Shown piece after piece: positions 53,201 through 64,000 of a stretch of 64,000 nt of DNA (its first letter is position 1; the number at the start of each line of letters is the position of its first letter). Source of the stretch: Octopus vulgaris (lineage: Eukaryota); NCBI GenBank assembly GCA_951406725.2, contig CATOCA020000002.1, positions 124,001 to 188,000 on the forward strand. The letters are read 5' to 3'. The notes below the pieces were generated by a model. The model had not been told where the DNA came from, searched no databases, and saw nothing but the letters and a program-made list of their open reading frames with translations. The translations under genes were made by a program, and so were the position numbers.

Positions 53201-55508
53201 GTGGTTGAGGCAATGGCGGATTGCGGCGCGGGCAAGGCGCCGGGTTTGGATGGTCTACCCTATGAGTTATATAAGAGTATGCCAGACTTGTTCGGGCACC
53301 TACTGGCGGAGGTCTATGCGAATTGCCAGCAGAACGGGCTTATACCCAGATCTGTGCGCCGGGGAGTAGTGACTCTCGTCAGAAAGGACCCGAGCAAGGG
53401 GGAGTGCATTGATAATTTCAGGCCCATCACTCTGCTAAACACAGAGTTGAAGATTTTGGCCAAAGTGTTATCGAAAAGATTGGCGCGTGTCGCGGATGGT
53501 CTGATCGGAGGGGCACAGACATGTGCCGTTCCGGGCAGATCCATTCAGGATAATCTCCATCTAATGCGGTACACTATAGAGGGGTTTAATAGTGATTCTG
53601 GCAAGGGTGGGGCACTGGTCCATTTAGACCAATCTAAAGCTTTTGATAGGGTCGACCATCGTTACCTGGTATCTGCCCTGGCACAGTTCGGGCTGAGCCT
53701 TGGCTTCCTCAGGTGGATTATCCAAATTTATGATAACATCGACTCGGTAGTTCGGGTGAACGGCTTCTTGTCGAAGCCGTTCAAAATCAAACGCTCGGTT
53801 CGTCAAGGGTGTCCGCTCTCCCCGCTTTTGTACGTGATGGCTCTTGAGCCATTACTGCGAAAACTGAGCGGCATCCCGAGACAGCCAGGTAATGGAAAAT
53901 CAGTGTCAGCGTACGCGGATGACATCACCATCATCGTAACCGAAATGGACCACCTATGTAAAGTAGGCAAGGCCATAGAGGTTTACGAGACGGTGACAGG
54001 AGCAAAAGTTAATCGCGAAAAGTCAGTCGGCTTGCAACTCGGCACCTGGAGAGGCAAGTCGATGCCTCCTGACAGCGTCGTGGGACGTTGGACGGAGGGT
54101 CCGATTAAACTGCTAGGGGTCTGGTTCGGTCCAGACCTCCAAATAGAGAAGAATTGGGGCGAGGTAACGAGCAAGGTGGCTGCAGTAGCCAAGACCTGGT
54201 CTTGGCGGTGGCTATCCCTGAAAGGGAGGGCGGAGGTGGCCAATGTGTTTATCGCATCGGTTATCACCTACCGCCTTTCCGTCGTTCCTTGCCCTGATTC
54301 GTGGTTGATCAAGTTGGAAAGACAGCTCTTCTACTTCTTGTGGAAGGGCGGGAAACCACTTGTGAAACGCTCTACTTGCTGTCAACAACCGTTAAAGGGT
54401 GGGCTAGGGATGCCTTGGCTGATGATGCGCAGACATGCGCTGAGGTTAAGACATCTGTGGCTCTACCTGGATGGTGAACGGGTGTGGTCTTCGCTAGCAA
54501 AACTGATGTTTCCCAAGTTCACTAGTTTCGGTGGATGGGAAACCTGGCTGAATCGTAGATCGAAACTTGGTACTTGGTACACGGAGTGTCGCAAGGCTCT
54601 CCTGCTATTCCGTCGCTCGGGCAACGCCTGCGGTGGGGGTTCCACCACATTCTTCTATAGAGGGTTGGTAGAGGCGGAATGTGAAGATACCTTGGGGGAA
54701 ACCCTAGGTCTCGACGATAATCAGCTGGCCAGTCTGTTCCGACGTACGTTCGAGCCGAGGACACTGGACAACTTCCAGAAGTCTCTGGCATGGCAATGCT
54801 ACAGAGGAGCTCTACCTGTTCGGGATAAACTCGCAAGGCACGGTGGCCAAGACAGTCCGATATGTCCAAGATGCGGGCGGGATAGGGAAACCGTCCCGCA
54901 CGCTATTGTTCATTGTCCGGACGTGTCTGAGGTGTGGGTTTATGCCGAACACCTGTTGTCAGGTACACGAAGAGTACAGCTGTCGACTGAGTCGATTACA
55001 AAAATTGACCCACCGGATTTCCTCGTGAATGAAGGTAAGTTTCGTTTTCTCGTTGTAGTAGCAATTGCGAAAGAGGTGATATGGAAGACGAGAATGAAAG
55101 GTTTACAGTCAGGCAAGTTCATCTCCGGCCCTGGTTTGATGAATTATTTCATCTTTCACCTGAAAAGGAAGATAGGGCTGGAGAGAATATGCCTGACTAG
55201 GAGAGTGTATGAAGAACGATGGAAGGATGTAGCACGAAAGTTGCGAATGAAAGTTACAACATAAATGTAATACCAAGTGCAACCAAAAGTATCAGTGGGG
55301 AGGCGGGGCTCGTGGGGTCCGAGCTAAACCCGCACCCACTCCACCCGTAATGTCTTCCGGTCTGTCCATCACTCGATTTTTGTCCATTTATTGTAATTCA
55401 TGAAAATTTTAAATTCGATTTATTGTAAAAACCCATTCGTGTGTCTGACCCCATCATCAGATTGTATTGTCCCATATTTGTTCGCCCCTTGTGGGTAATA
55501 ATAAAACA
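50272..55508 (+). mobile_element. Full-length Tx1/L1-group LINE, copy 2
   Basis: ORF1 from 50489 is frameshifted mainly in homopolymer runs. ORF2 is intact. Confidence 0.95.
51878..55264 (+). CDS. Intact LINE ORF2: APE endonuclease, reverse transcriptase, C-terminal CCHC
   Basis: 1128 aa. LNVRGL, ATET, LGDFN, YLDRIL, SDH; GYWKLN; FRPITLLN, LDQSKAFDRV, RQGCPLSPLLY, YADD; GGLG; CPRC..ETVPHAIVHC. Confidence 0.95.
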   Translation: MDYIYVGCLNVRGLGAGWKQGRFLHDIRSRNLDVIVATETRLEGPRGLLPLFDGYESFFSPGSPTGGSGVLVLLKRNRVSEKKLIFADPEGRLVVMDLTFSNGKVIRLVAIYAPNHTGQSDYFRELENFLGTSHSLVVLGDFNTICKADVDCVGLRPDRKGFMELLSCFELADPYRLEFPNAPLWTWSNSDGSSRSYLDRILIRKVDSKIAKCPQFYPISYSDHKMVTCKLDIDKVKNRGSGYWKLNTSLLAIKEYKDRIRNIIQRALSGTIINNKWWYALKRAIKFESIRYSIGVVAREARRETTLVKELEEAMKTGSAAQVASKRLVLNQHLEAKHMGCIVRARIRHMGCEGINAVRWARVVEAQHGNDATIRSLPNQQGELINEPEEMCEAFQEHFAQLFGECGGLDRRRAFTDLLDGLPRLSRRDAEGCEGPITLEEVVEAMADCGAGKAPGLDGLPYELYKSMPDLFGHLLAEVYANCQQNGLIPRSVRRGVVTLVRKDPSKGECIDNFRPITLLNTELKILAKVLSKRLARVADGLIGGAQTCAVPGRSIQDNLHLMRYTIEGFNSDSGKGGALVHLDQSKAFDRVDHRYLVSALAQFGLSLGFLRWIIQIYDNIDSVVRVNGFLSKPFKIKRSVRQGCPLSPLLYVMALEPLLRKLSGIPRQPGNGKSVSAYADDITIIVTEMDHLCKVGKAIEVYETVTGAKVNREKSVGLQLGTWRGKSMPPDSVVGRWTEGPIKLLGVWFGPDLQIEKNWGEVTSKVAAVAKTWSWRWLSLKGRAEVANVFIASVITYRLSVVPCPDSWLIKLERQLFYFLWKGGKPLVKRSTCCQQPLKGGLGMPWLMMRRHALRLRHLWLYLDGERVWSSLAKLMFPKFTSFGGWETWLNRRSKLGTWYTECRKALLLFRRSGNACGGGSTTFFYRGLVEAECEDTLGETLGLDDNQLASLFRRTFEPRTLDNFQKSLAWQCYRGALPVRDKLARHGGQDSPICPRCGRDRETVPHAIVHCPDVSEVWVYAEHLLSGTRRVQLSTESITKIDPPDFLVNEGKFRFLVVVAIAKEVIWKTRMKGLQSGKFISGPGLMNYFIFHLKRKIGLERICLTRRVYEERWKDVARKLRMKVTT

Positions 55509-55520
55509 ACATGGAGGAAA

Positions 55521-58500
55521 TCAATTTTTTGCGTTTATTAGTAAGTTAATATATTTTTGCTCTCGTACTATTATCTCTGTTATTATATACTGTTGGTCTA
55601 CCTGTTTTGTCTATTGTTGTCTAACTGACGAAGTCAGACTTCGCGTTGGTGTTCCCCCCTCCGTGGGGGAAAACTACAATTAATTTGGATTTACCAAAGG
55701 CTTGTTAAAGCCATTTGTTCAAAATGGAGTCCCCCATCACTTATTCGCCCGTGACGAGCGAGGATGAATACCCGGCGTTGTCGCCAAGTAAAAAAGAGGC
55801 GTTGTCGCCAAGAAAAAAAGAGGCGCTGTCGCCGAAGAAAAAAGAGGCGGCGTCGCCCAAGAAAATGGTAAAACCAGTACCAGCATCAACTCCAGCAAAA
55901 AAATTCGCTGAAGTGGCTGGGAAAAAATTAAAAAAATTAACGTGGACAACCTGGGAAAACATGCAGACTGTGAAAAAAGAGGGCACAGAAGTAACCGTGG
56001 CTTCAAACGCCAAAATACAGAGGATATTTCGAATAGGAGAATAATCTATAAGACATTCAGTATAACAAACAGAGCAATCCAAAAAATAGAAGAAAAAAGA
56101 TTGAAAACTGCTTAAAACCAATAATGGACAAAATTACGTATATCAATCGAGGGAAGAAATACGGCACAGTGGAGGTGAGATTCACGTCAGAGGAGGTAGC
56201 AAAGAAGCTATCCATGGAACCCATAAAAGCGGAAATATTGTCTACTACCATTGTATAAAGGAAAAAGGACGTCAAAATCACAATGAACAACATCCCGCCA
56301 GAAGCGGATGCGAATGTCTGGTGGCAGCAGTTATGGTAGGCCTGGAGGAAAAAATAAACATCCTCCAGGCCACAGTAGAGAAGAAGAATTCTGGAAAGGG
56401 CAAAAGATAATAATAGCCATTCAAGCAGAGGTGCAAACCCTGGAAGAGATTCCAGAGACTCTTAAAGATAAGCGAAGATGAAAAGTCACAGTCTTCGTAG
56501 AGGGCAGAAAGCCGAGGTGCTTCGGCTGCGGTAAGAAGGGGCATGTAAGGGCGGAATGCCAACCCCAACCCAAACCGCAGGAAGCACCTAAGCCAAAAGG
56601 AAAAGAAGACAATGTGTCACCAGAAGCAGCGTCAGACGGCCCAGAAGGGAAGACTGAAGGTGTGGAGGTGATGGTGACAGCAGAACCAGCGGCGGAGGAA
56701 AAAAAGAGCGAGGAAAAGATAAATGAGGAGGGGTGGGCAAAAATTATCGGAAAAAAAAAAAGAAAAACGGAAACCACCCCTCCCAGAGTAATTTTAAAAA
56801 AGAAAAAAGAGTCAATAAACTCATATATGGCCGTAAAAGCATCAAATAGCAGACTCGGAAACGTGTTGGCAGCCATGGCCAAAGTGAAGAAAGTAGAGAA
56901 AAAAATGACTTTGCAATTTACAGAATAGACCGGAAGGATTACGGGCGGATAAAGTCAGAATTCTTCCATGACGTAGGCCCACTTAGGTTGGATGTAACAT
57001 CTCCACATATATTCGAGGGCCTACGTCAGACTCCCCCACGAGGCCCAGAAAAAAAGAGAAGAAGAAGAAAAACCGAACCACTGATATAAAGGTAAGTAAT
57101 GGATTACATTTATGTTGGTTGTTTAAATGTGCGCGGCCTGGGAGCAGGCTGGAAGCAAGGTCGCTTCCTGCATGATATCAGGTCGCGTAATTTAGATGTT
57201 ATTGTTGCTACAGAAACCCGGTTAGAGGGGCCAAGAGGTCTACTCCCGCTGTTTGACGGCTACGAGAGTTTTTTCTCTCCTGGCAGTCCTACAGGCGGGA
57301 GTGGGGTGTTGGTCCTATTAAAAAGAAACCGGGTTTCTGAGAAAAAGTTAATTTTTGCAGATCCAGAAGGTAGGCTGGTCGTCATGGATTTGACGTTCAG
57401 TAATGGTAAAGTTATCAGACTGGTTGCAATTTACGCACCCAACCATACAGGGCAAAGTGATTATTTTCGTGAACTAGAAAACTTTCTTGGTACTTCGCAT
57501 TCATTAGTGGTGCTAGGAGACTTTAACACAATTTGCAAAGCGGATGTAGATTGTGTTGGCTCGTGTCCAGATAGAAAAGGCAACAGTGGCTTCATGGAAC
57601 TGCTAAGCCGCTTTGAGCTAGCAGATCCTTATAGGCTGGAATTTCCGAACGCTCCATTGTGGACATGGTCAAACAGCGACGGATCTTCCAGGTCATATTT
57701 AGATAGAATACTAATTAGAAAAGTAGACAGTAAAATAGCTAAGTGTCCACAGTTTTACCCGATCAGCTACAGTGATCATAAAATGGTCACTTGTAAGCTT
57801 GACATAGATAAGGTTAAAAATAGAGGATCCGGTTACTGGAAACTTAATACGTCCCTTTTGGCGATTAAGGAGTACAAAGACCGGATTAGGAATATAATTC
57901 AGAGGGCACTATCTGGTACCATCATTAATAACAAATGGTGGTACGCCCTCAAACGAGCCATCAAGTTTGAGTCTATTAGATATAGCATAGGAGTAGTGGC
58001 TAGAGAGGCTAGAAGGGAAACTACTCTAGTTAAGGAATTAGAGGAAGCCATGAAAACTGGCTCTGCGGCTCAGGTGGCGTCCAAGAGACTGGTGTTAAAC
58101 CAGCACCTCGAGGCCAAACACATGGGCTGCATTGTCAGGGCTAGAATCCGTCATATGGGATGTGAAGGAATCAACGCCGTGAGATGGGCCCGAGTGGTGG
58201 AAGCTCAGCATGGTAACGATGCCACGATTCGATCTTTGACGAACCAACAAGGTGAGTTGATAAACGAACCCGAGGAGATGTGTGAGGCCTTTCAGGAGCA
58301 CTTCGCTCAGCTTTTCGGTGAGTGCGGCGGACTGGATAGGAGGAGGGCCTTTACGGACCTACTCGACGGTCTGCCGCGCTTATCGGGGCGAGATGCGGAG
58401 GGCTGTGAAGGGCCAATCACGCCTGAGGAGGTGGTTGAGGCAATGGCGGACTGCGGCGCGGGCAAGGCGCCGGGTTTGGATGGTCTACCCTATGAGTTAT

Positions 58501-60739
58501 ATAAGAGTATGCCAGACTTGTTCGGGCACCTACTGGCGGAGGTCTATGCGAACTGGCAGCAGAACGGGCTTATACCCAGATCTGTGCGCTGGGGAGTAGT
58601 GACTCTCGTCAGAAAGGACCCGAGCAATGGGGGAGTGCATTGATAATTTCAGGCCCATCACTCTGCTAAACACAGAGTTGAAGATTTTGGCCAAAGTGTT
58701 ATCGAAAAGATTGGCGCGTGTCGCGGATGGTCTGATCGGAGGGGCACAGACATGTGCCGTTCCGGGCAGATCCATTCAGGATAATCTCCATCTAATGCGG
58801 TACACTATAGAGGGGTTTAATAGTGATTCTGGCAAGGGTGGGGCACTGGTCCATTTAGACCAATCTAAAGCTTTTGATAGGGTCGACCATCGTTACCTGG
58901 TATCTGCCCTGGCACAGTTCGGGCTGAGCCTTGGCTTCCTCAGGTGGATTATCCAAATTTATGATAACATCGACTCGGTAGTTCGGGTGAACGGCTTCTT
59001 GTCGAAGCCGTTCAAAATCAAACGCTCGGTTCGTCAAGGGTGTCCGCTCTCCCCGCTTTTGTACGTGATGGCTCTTGAGCCATTACTGCGAAAACTGAGC
59101 GGCATCCCGAGACAGCCAGGTAATGGAAAATCAGTGTCAGCGTACGCGGATGACATCACCATCATCGTAACCGAAATGGACCACCTATGTAAAGTAGGCA
59201 AGGCCATAGAGGTTTACGAGACGGTGACAGGAGCAAAAGTTAATCGCGAAAAGTCAGTCGGCTTGCAACTCGGCACCTGGAGAGGCAAGTCGATGCCTCC
59301 TGACAGCGTCGTGGGACGTTGGACGGAGGGTCCGATTAAACTGCTAGGGGTCTGGTTCGGTCCAGACCTCCAAATAGAGAAGAATTGGGGCGAGGTAACG
59401 AGCAAGGTGGCTGCAGTAGCCAAGACCTGGTCTTGGCGGTGGCTATCCCTGAAAGGGAGGGCGGAGGTGGCCAATGTGTTTATCGCATCGGTTATCACCT
59501 ACCGCCTTTCCGTCGTTCCTTGCCCTGATTCGTGGTTGATCAAGTTGGAAAGACAGCTCTTCTACTTCTTGTGGAAGGGCGGGAAACCACTTGTGAAACG
59601 CTCTACTTGCTGTCAACAACCGTTAAAGGGTGGGCTAGGGATGCCTTGGCTGATGATGCGCAGACATGCGCTGAGGTTAAGACATCTGTGGCTCTACCTG
59701 GATGGTGAACGGGTGTGGTCTTCGCTAGCAAAACTGATGTTTCCCAAGTTCACTAGTTTCGGTGGATGGGAAACCTGGCTGAATCGTAGATCGAAACTTG
59801 GTACTTGGTACACGGAGTGTCGCAAGGCTCTCCTGCTATTCCGTCGCTCGGGCAACGCCTGCGGTGGGGGTTCCACCACATTCTTCTATAGAGGGTTGGT
59901 AGAGGCGGAATGTGAAGATACCTTGGGGGAAACCCTAGGTCTCGACGATAATCAGCTGGCCAGTCTGTTCCGACGTACGTTCGAGCCGAGGACACTGGAC
60001 AACTTCCAGAAGTCTCTGGCATGGCAATGCTACAGAGGAGCTCTACCTGTTCGGGATAAACTCGCAAGGCACGGTGGCCAAGACAGTCCGATATGTCCAA
60101 GATGCGGGCGGGATAGGGAAACCGTCCCGCACGCTATTGTTCATTGTCCGGACGTGTCTGAGGTGTGGGTTTATGCCGAACACCTGTTGTCAGGTACACG
60201 AAGAGTACAGCTGTCGACTGAGTCGATTACAAAAATTGACCCACCGGATTTCCTCGTGAATGAAGGTAAGTTTCGTTTTCTCGTTGTAGTAGCAATTGCG
60301 AAAGAGGTGATATGGAAGACGAGAATGAAAGGTTTACAGTCAGGCAAGTTCATCTCCGGCCCTGGTTTGATGAATTATTTCATCTTTCACCTGAAAAGGA
60401 AGATAGGGCTGGAGAGAATATGCCTGACTAGGAGAGTGTATGAAGAACGATGGAAGGATGTAGCACGAAAGTTGCGAGTGAAAGATACAACATAAATGTA
60501 ATACCAAGTGCAACCAAAAGTATCAGTGGGGAGGCGGGGCTCGTGGGGTCCGAGCTAAACCCGCACCCACTCCACCCGTAATGTCTTCCGGTCTGTCCAT
60601 CATTCGATTTCTGTCCATTTATTGTAATTCATGAAAATTTTTAAACCCGATTTATTGTAAAAACCCATTCGTGTGTCTGACCCCATCATCAGATTGTATT
60701 GTCCCATCTATGTAGCCCCTAGTGGGTAATAATAAAACA
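55521..60739 (+). mobile_element. Full-length Tx1/L1-group LINE, copy 3
   Basis: ORF1 has a diverged N-terminal segment and several frameshifts. ORF2 57099-60495 has one frameshift near 58627. Confidence 0.95.
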
Positions 60740-60751
60740 ACATGGAGGAAA

Positions 60752-61050
60752 GCACCTTCGAAAAGTGTCTTGGTGCGACTATGAAAGGTATCTAATCAGA
60801 GGCGGTAAATTTGCCACAATAGAAGCAAGGTTCGAGTCAACGGAGCGTGCAAGGGAGTACTCGACTCGAACTTGCAAAGTGGAAATATTTTATTTTTACC
60901 TTTATATGAGGAGTAGATAGGACGTCCCGGGAAAAAATTTAACCCCCCCCCCCCCCCGAAGTAGAGGTAGGCTGGATTGTAGCCACACTTCTATACAAGA
61001 AGGAGGACACGATACAATTGATCGAAATTACAAGAGACGGGCTAACAATT
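60752..61050 (+). pseudogene. 3' continuation of the older Tx1-like ORF1 fragment
   Basis: STFEKCLGATMK..RGGKFATIEARFESTERA..GNILFLPLY..PPEVEVGWIVATLL aligns to EIEKCLGDIMGK..RGKKFGTVEVRYATEEIA..PPEVKTEWLATAIL. Confidence 0.8.
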
Positions 61051-61188
61051 CCAGTCTGTTATATATTTTGAGTGTTGTTATCACTAGCGATATCAAGATA
61101 TAACTTTGTATTTTGTATTTTATGTGTAGATGTATATATATAGATGTACATGTAATATGTACACATATATATACACATATATACATGC

Positions 61189-61230
61189 ACTAGCACTATG
61201 ACCCGGCAACGACGGGTCTTTAATGCTAGT
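61189..61230 (+). mobile_element. Helitron-like 3' terminus
   Basis: Hairpin gacccg-gcaacga-cgggtc (61200-61218), 7 nt upstream of CTAG|T (61226-61230). Confidence 0.6.
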
Positions 61231-61233
61231 ATA

Positions 61234-61266
<33 letters not shown>

Positions 61267-61360
61267 ATATGTATGCAACCTCATCCTCATATACATATAG
61301 GTGCTTACATGCATACACATAACATAATGCATATATATTCAGACATTTATATGTATATAT

Positions 61361-61504
61361 ATACAGACATACATTCACAATCCTGCATATATACAAACAT
61401 ATATATCATCATCATTATCATCATCATCATCATCGTTTAACGTGATGATGATGATGATGATATATATGTTTGTATATATGCAGGATTGTGAATGTATCTG
61501 TATA
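61361..61504. repeat. Fold-back palindrome centred on an RTE tail end
   Basis: acattcacaatcctgcatatatacaaacat-(cat)n-cgtttaacgt-(gat)n-atgtttgtatatatgcaggattgtgaatgt. Confidence 0.9.
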
Positions 61505-62065
61505 AATGAAGAGGCGTGTACATAAAAGTTGCACATATGCACCGGACACAGTTGTACATACATATACTCATACACACACATATAAGATATATACATACAT
61601 ATACATACACACACACATGTACACACTCACACCATTAAAAAGGAAAAGGGAAAAAACGAAAAAACATATATAAAAAATAAAAAATTAATGGAAGTTAAAA
61701 CATGGAAAAGCTTGTGCAGGAACATAGTAGAAATGTGGATTCTGGCCATGATCTCAAAACCATAACATAGACATGATCCCAAAAGTTGAGTTCTTGAATT
61801 TAAACAAGTAGCAGGGTCCAAGGAACTTTTCCAGATGAGCCATATATATTGTCGTTCAATGCTCAAAATGAGGAGTAGATAGACAGCCAACAACTGATGA
61901 AAAGTTGTTCTTTAAGTTACCTGTCCTGTTTTCCATATGTTTCTCCCGTTGTTTGTATATTGAACACATTTGTTTTTGTATTTCATGTTGCTTACTGTTG
62001 GTGATGTTTTGTACCAATATATGCATGCGTGTGTGTGTGTATATATATATATATATAATTTATAT

Positions 62066-62134
<69 letters not shown>

Positions 62135-62138
<4 letters not shown>

Positions 62139-62485
62139 GAAACTGATGATATTAGCTCAAACTCAGTCACAGGGCCTGATGGATTCCCAGCAATCCTCCT
62201 AAAGAAATGCAAAGGAGCTCTAGCAAAACTGCTTTAGATTCTCTTTCAGAGCTTCTTCATGACTGAGAGACTTCCCAAAAGAATTAAAGGAAAGTATAAT
62301 ATGCGCTATCCATAAGGGAGGTAGCAGAGTAGATGCTAAAAATTATTGACCTGTATCTCTAACTTCCCATATCAGCAAAGTCATGGAACGCATTGTCAGG
62401 AAGAAGCTGCCTTACACAGCTTTTGCAACATTATGACTGGGTGTTGAAACAATTAATCGCTCAAATGTGGATGTACTATATCCAG
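62135..62485 (+). mobile_element. CR1-group LINE fragment, same family as 19770-21380
   Basis: NSVTGPDGFPAILLKKCKGALA, and RSCLTQLLQHYDW. Confidence 0.8.
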
Positions 62486-62724
62486 GCAGGAAACTCAAAA
62501 GAGGGCAGCAGAGTCAAACTTCCTCCTTCACCAAAATCCAATCACATAGAATTGACCAGTTTAAGGATGATTACACTGTCGATGCTCCAGCATGGCCACA
62601 GCCTCAGGGCTGAAACACATAACAGAATACACACACACGCATATAAGTTTCAGTTGAATTAGGTACTTAAATTGAAGCATCAAGCCAGTTTGGTATAGTC
62701 CATGCAGCTCAAAGTCAGGTGAAC

Positions 62725-63063
62725 AAAATGCAAATAAGCAACATGGACGTCCAGATATCAATGCATTACAGCTTTTTTTTAGCGGTTCCATTTAATTGAT
62801 CAATGAAAACATTACACCAATTTGGAAGAAACCACTCTCCTCAGTTGCAGATGACCATATATATTTCCAACATAAAGGATAAACCATTTCTAGTATTTAT
62901 AGTAAATTTATATCAGTACTAGAAACCTATATGGTCATCTGCAACTGAGGAAAGAGGTTTCTTTCAAACTGATGTAATGTTTTCATTGGCTGATTAAATG
63001 GAACCGCTTGAAATGACCATAATGCATTGATAGCTGGACATTCTTGTTACTTATTTGCATTTT
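62725..63063. repeat. Diverged fold-back inverted repeat
   Basis: aaaatgcaaataag..cctcagttgcagatgaccatat pairs with atatggtcatctgcaactgagg..cttatttgcatttt. Confidence 0.85.
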
Positions 63064-63118
63064 ATATACCCATACATATATATAAATACACACATACACA
63101 CACATATACACATATATA

Positions 63119-64000
63119 TACAAGGTGTCCATAAAGTCTCTATAATTTCAAAAATTTATTACAAGAGCAAATAAATAGATAAATCTGTGGAAATGATTAC
63201 AAATTAAGGGAAAGATATTGAAGTTTGTTTTGCCTCATTTAATATATCTCTATATGGGTGCTATGAGTTGTAAGAAGCACATCAAGATGGTAATCAATTT
63301 CTTGCCATGTTTACCTTAGCATAGCATCATCAATGGTGGTAATGGCATCGGTGATCCTGTATCTTTATTCAATACATAACCCCATAAAAATTCCAGGGAA
63401 GTGATATCTGAGGACAAGGTGGCCAGGGAATTAGGCCATCCCTTCCAATACACTGGTCTAGAAACGTTTAATTTAGGAACCCACAAACATGCAGTTTCCA
63501 ATGTGGTGATGCACCATCCTGCTCGAAAATGATGGTTGGTTGAAGGTCATCCAGCTATGATGCCACATATTCAGTCAAAAGGTCATGGTAAACATTTGCC
63601 AAAATTGATCTCTCTGAAGAAAAATGGACCAATGATTTCATTGTATATCATCTCCCACCAGACATTCACCTTTGGTCTATCTCGATGAAGTTCCCTAGTC
63701 ACATTGGGGTGTTCTGATTCCCAGATCCTCACATTATGTGTGTTAAGTTTCCCTGAAACATGAAAGGTTGCCTCAGCAGTAAAACGAACTTGGGTGAGGA
63801 AAGCTGCATCCTCAGAAATTCGTTTCAGGATGTTAACTGCAAACTCATTTCATCTTGGTTAATCATTTGGTTTGTGTGCCTGTAAGAGTTGCACTTTGTA
63901 AGTGTACAATCACAAGTTCTTTTGTCGGACTTTGTGCACTGCTGAACGTGGTAGCTGTATCTGTTTGGCAGTGGTACGTATGGACTTTGGAGGAGAACTA
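63119..64000 (-). mobile_element. Decayed Tc1/mariner-superfamily transposon, running off the window
   Basis: Minus strand FEQDGASPH and SSDITSLEFLWGYV resemble QDGAPPH..SPDLTPLDFFLWG. Terminus ta|caaggtgtccataaag. Confidence 0.75.

Noticed and set aside
45016-60739. Array as a pure assembly triplication
   Set aside because: Copies have private indels, a strongly diverged ORF1 segment and different 12-mer variants. It is not fully excluded without reads.

Overview
AT-rich, repeat-dense eukaryotic DNA. The SINE, RTE and microsatellite content resembles an octopus/cephalopod genome (inference). Most of the window is decayed mobile elements: RTE, CR1-like and Penelope-like retroelements, a Buster-type hAT nested in a Tc1/mariner, non-autonomous Helitrons and tRNA-SINEs. 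There is one large host exon on the minus strand (30970-32932). The standout feature is a ~20 kb head-to-tail array (40479-60739) of three ORF1-only elements followed by three near-identical Tx1/L1-group LINEs. All six have complete 5' ends, and the two element types share a ~50-nt 3' terminus. The 12-mer ACAT(C/G)GAGGAAA sits at both array ends and at four of the five internal junctions. Removing the array rejoins the ORF1 of a third, older relative, so the 12-mer behaves as a target-site duplication inside another retrotransposon's ORF1. That ORF1 fragment appears to lie between Helitron-like ends. Several fold-back inverted repeats and minimal hammerhead-ribozyme-like motifs are also present. 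All alignments were made by eye.
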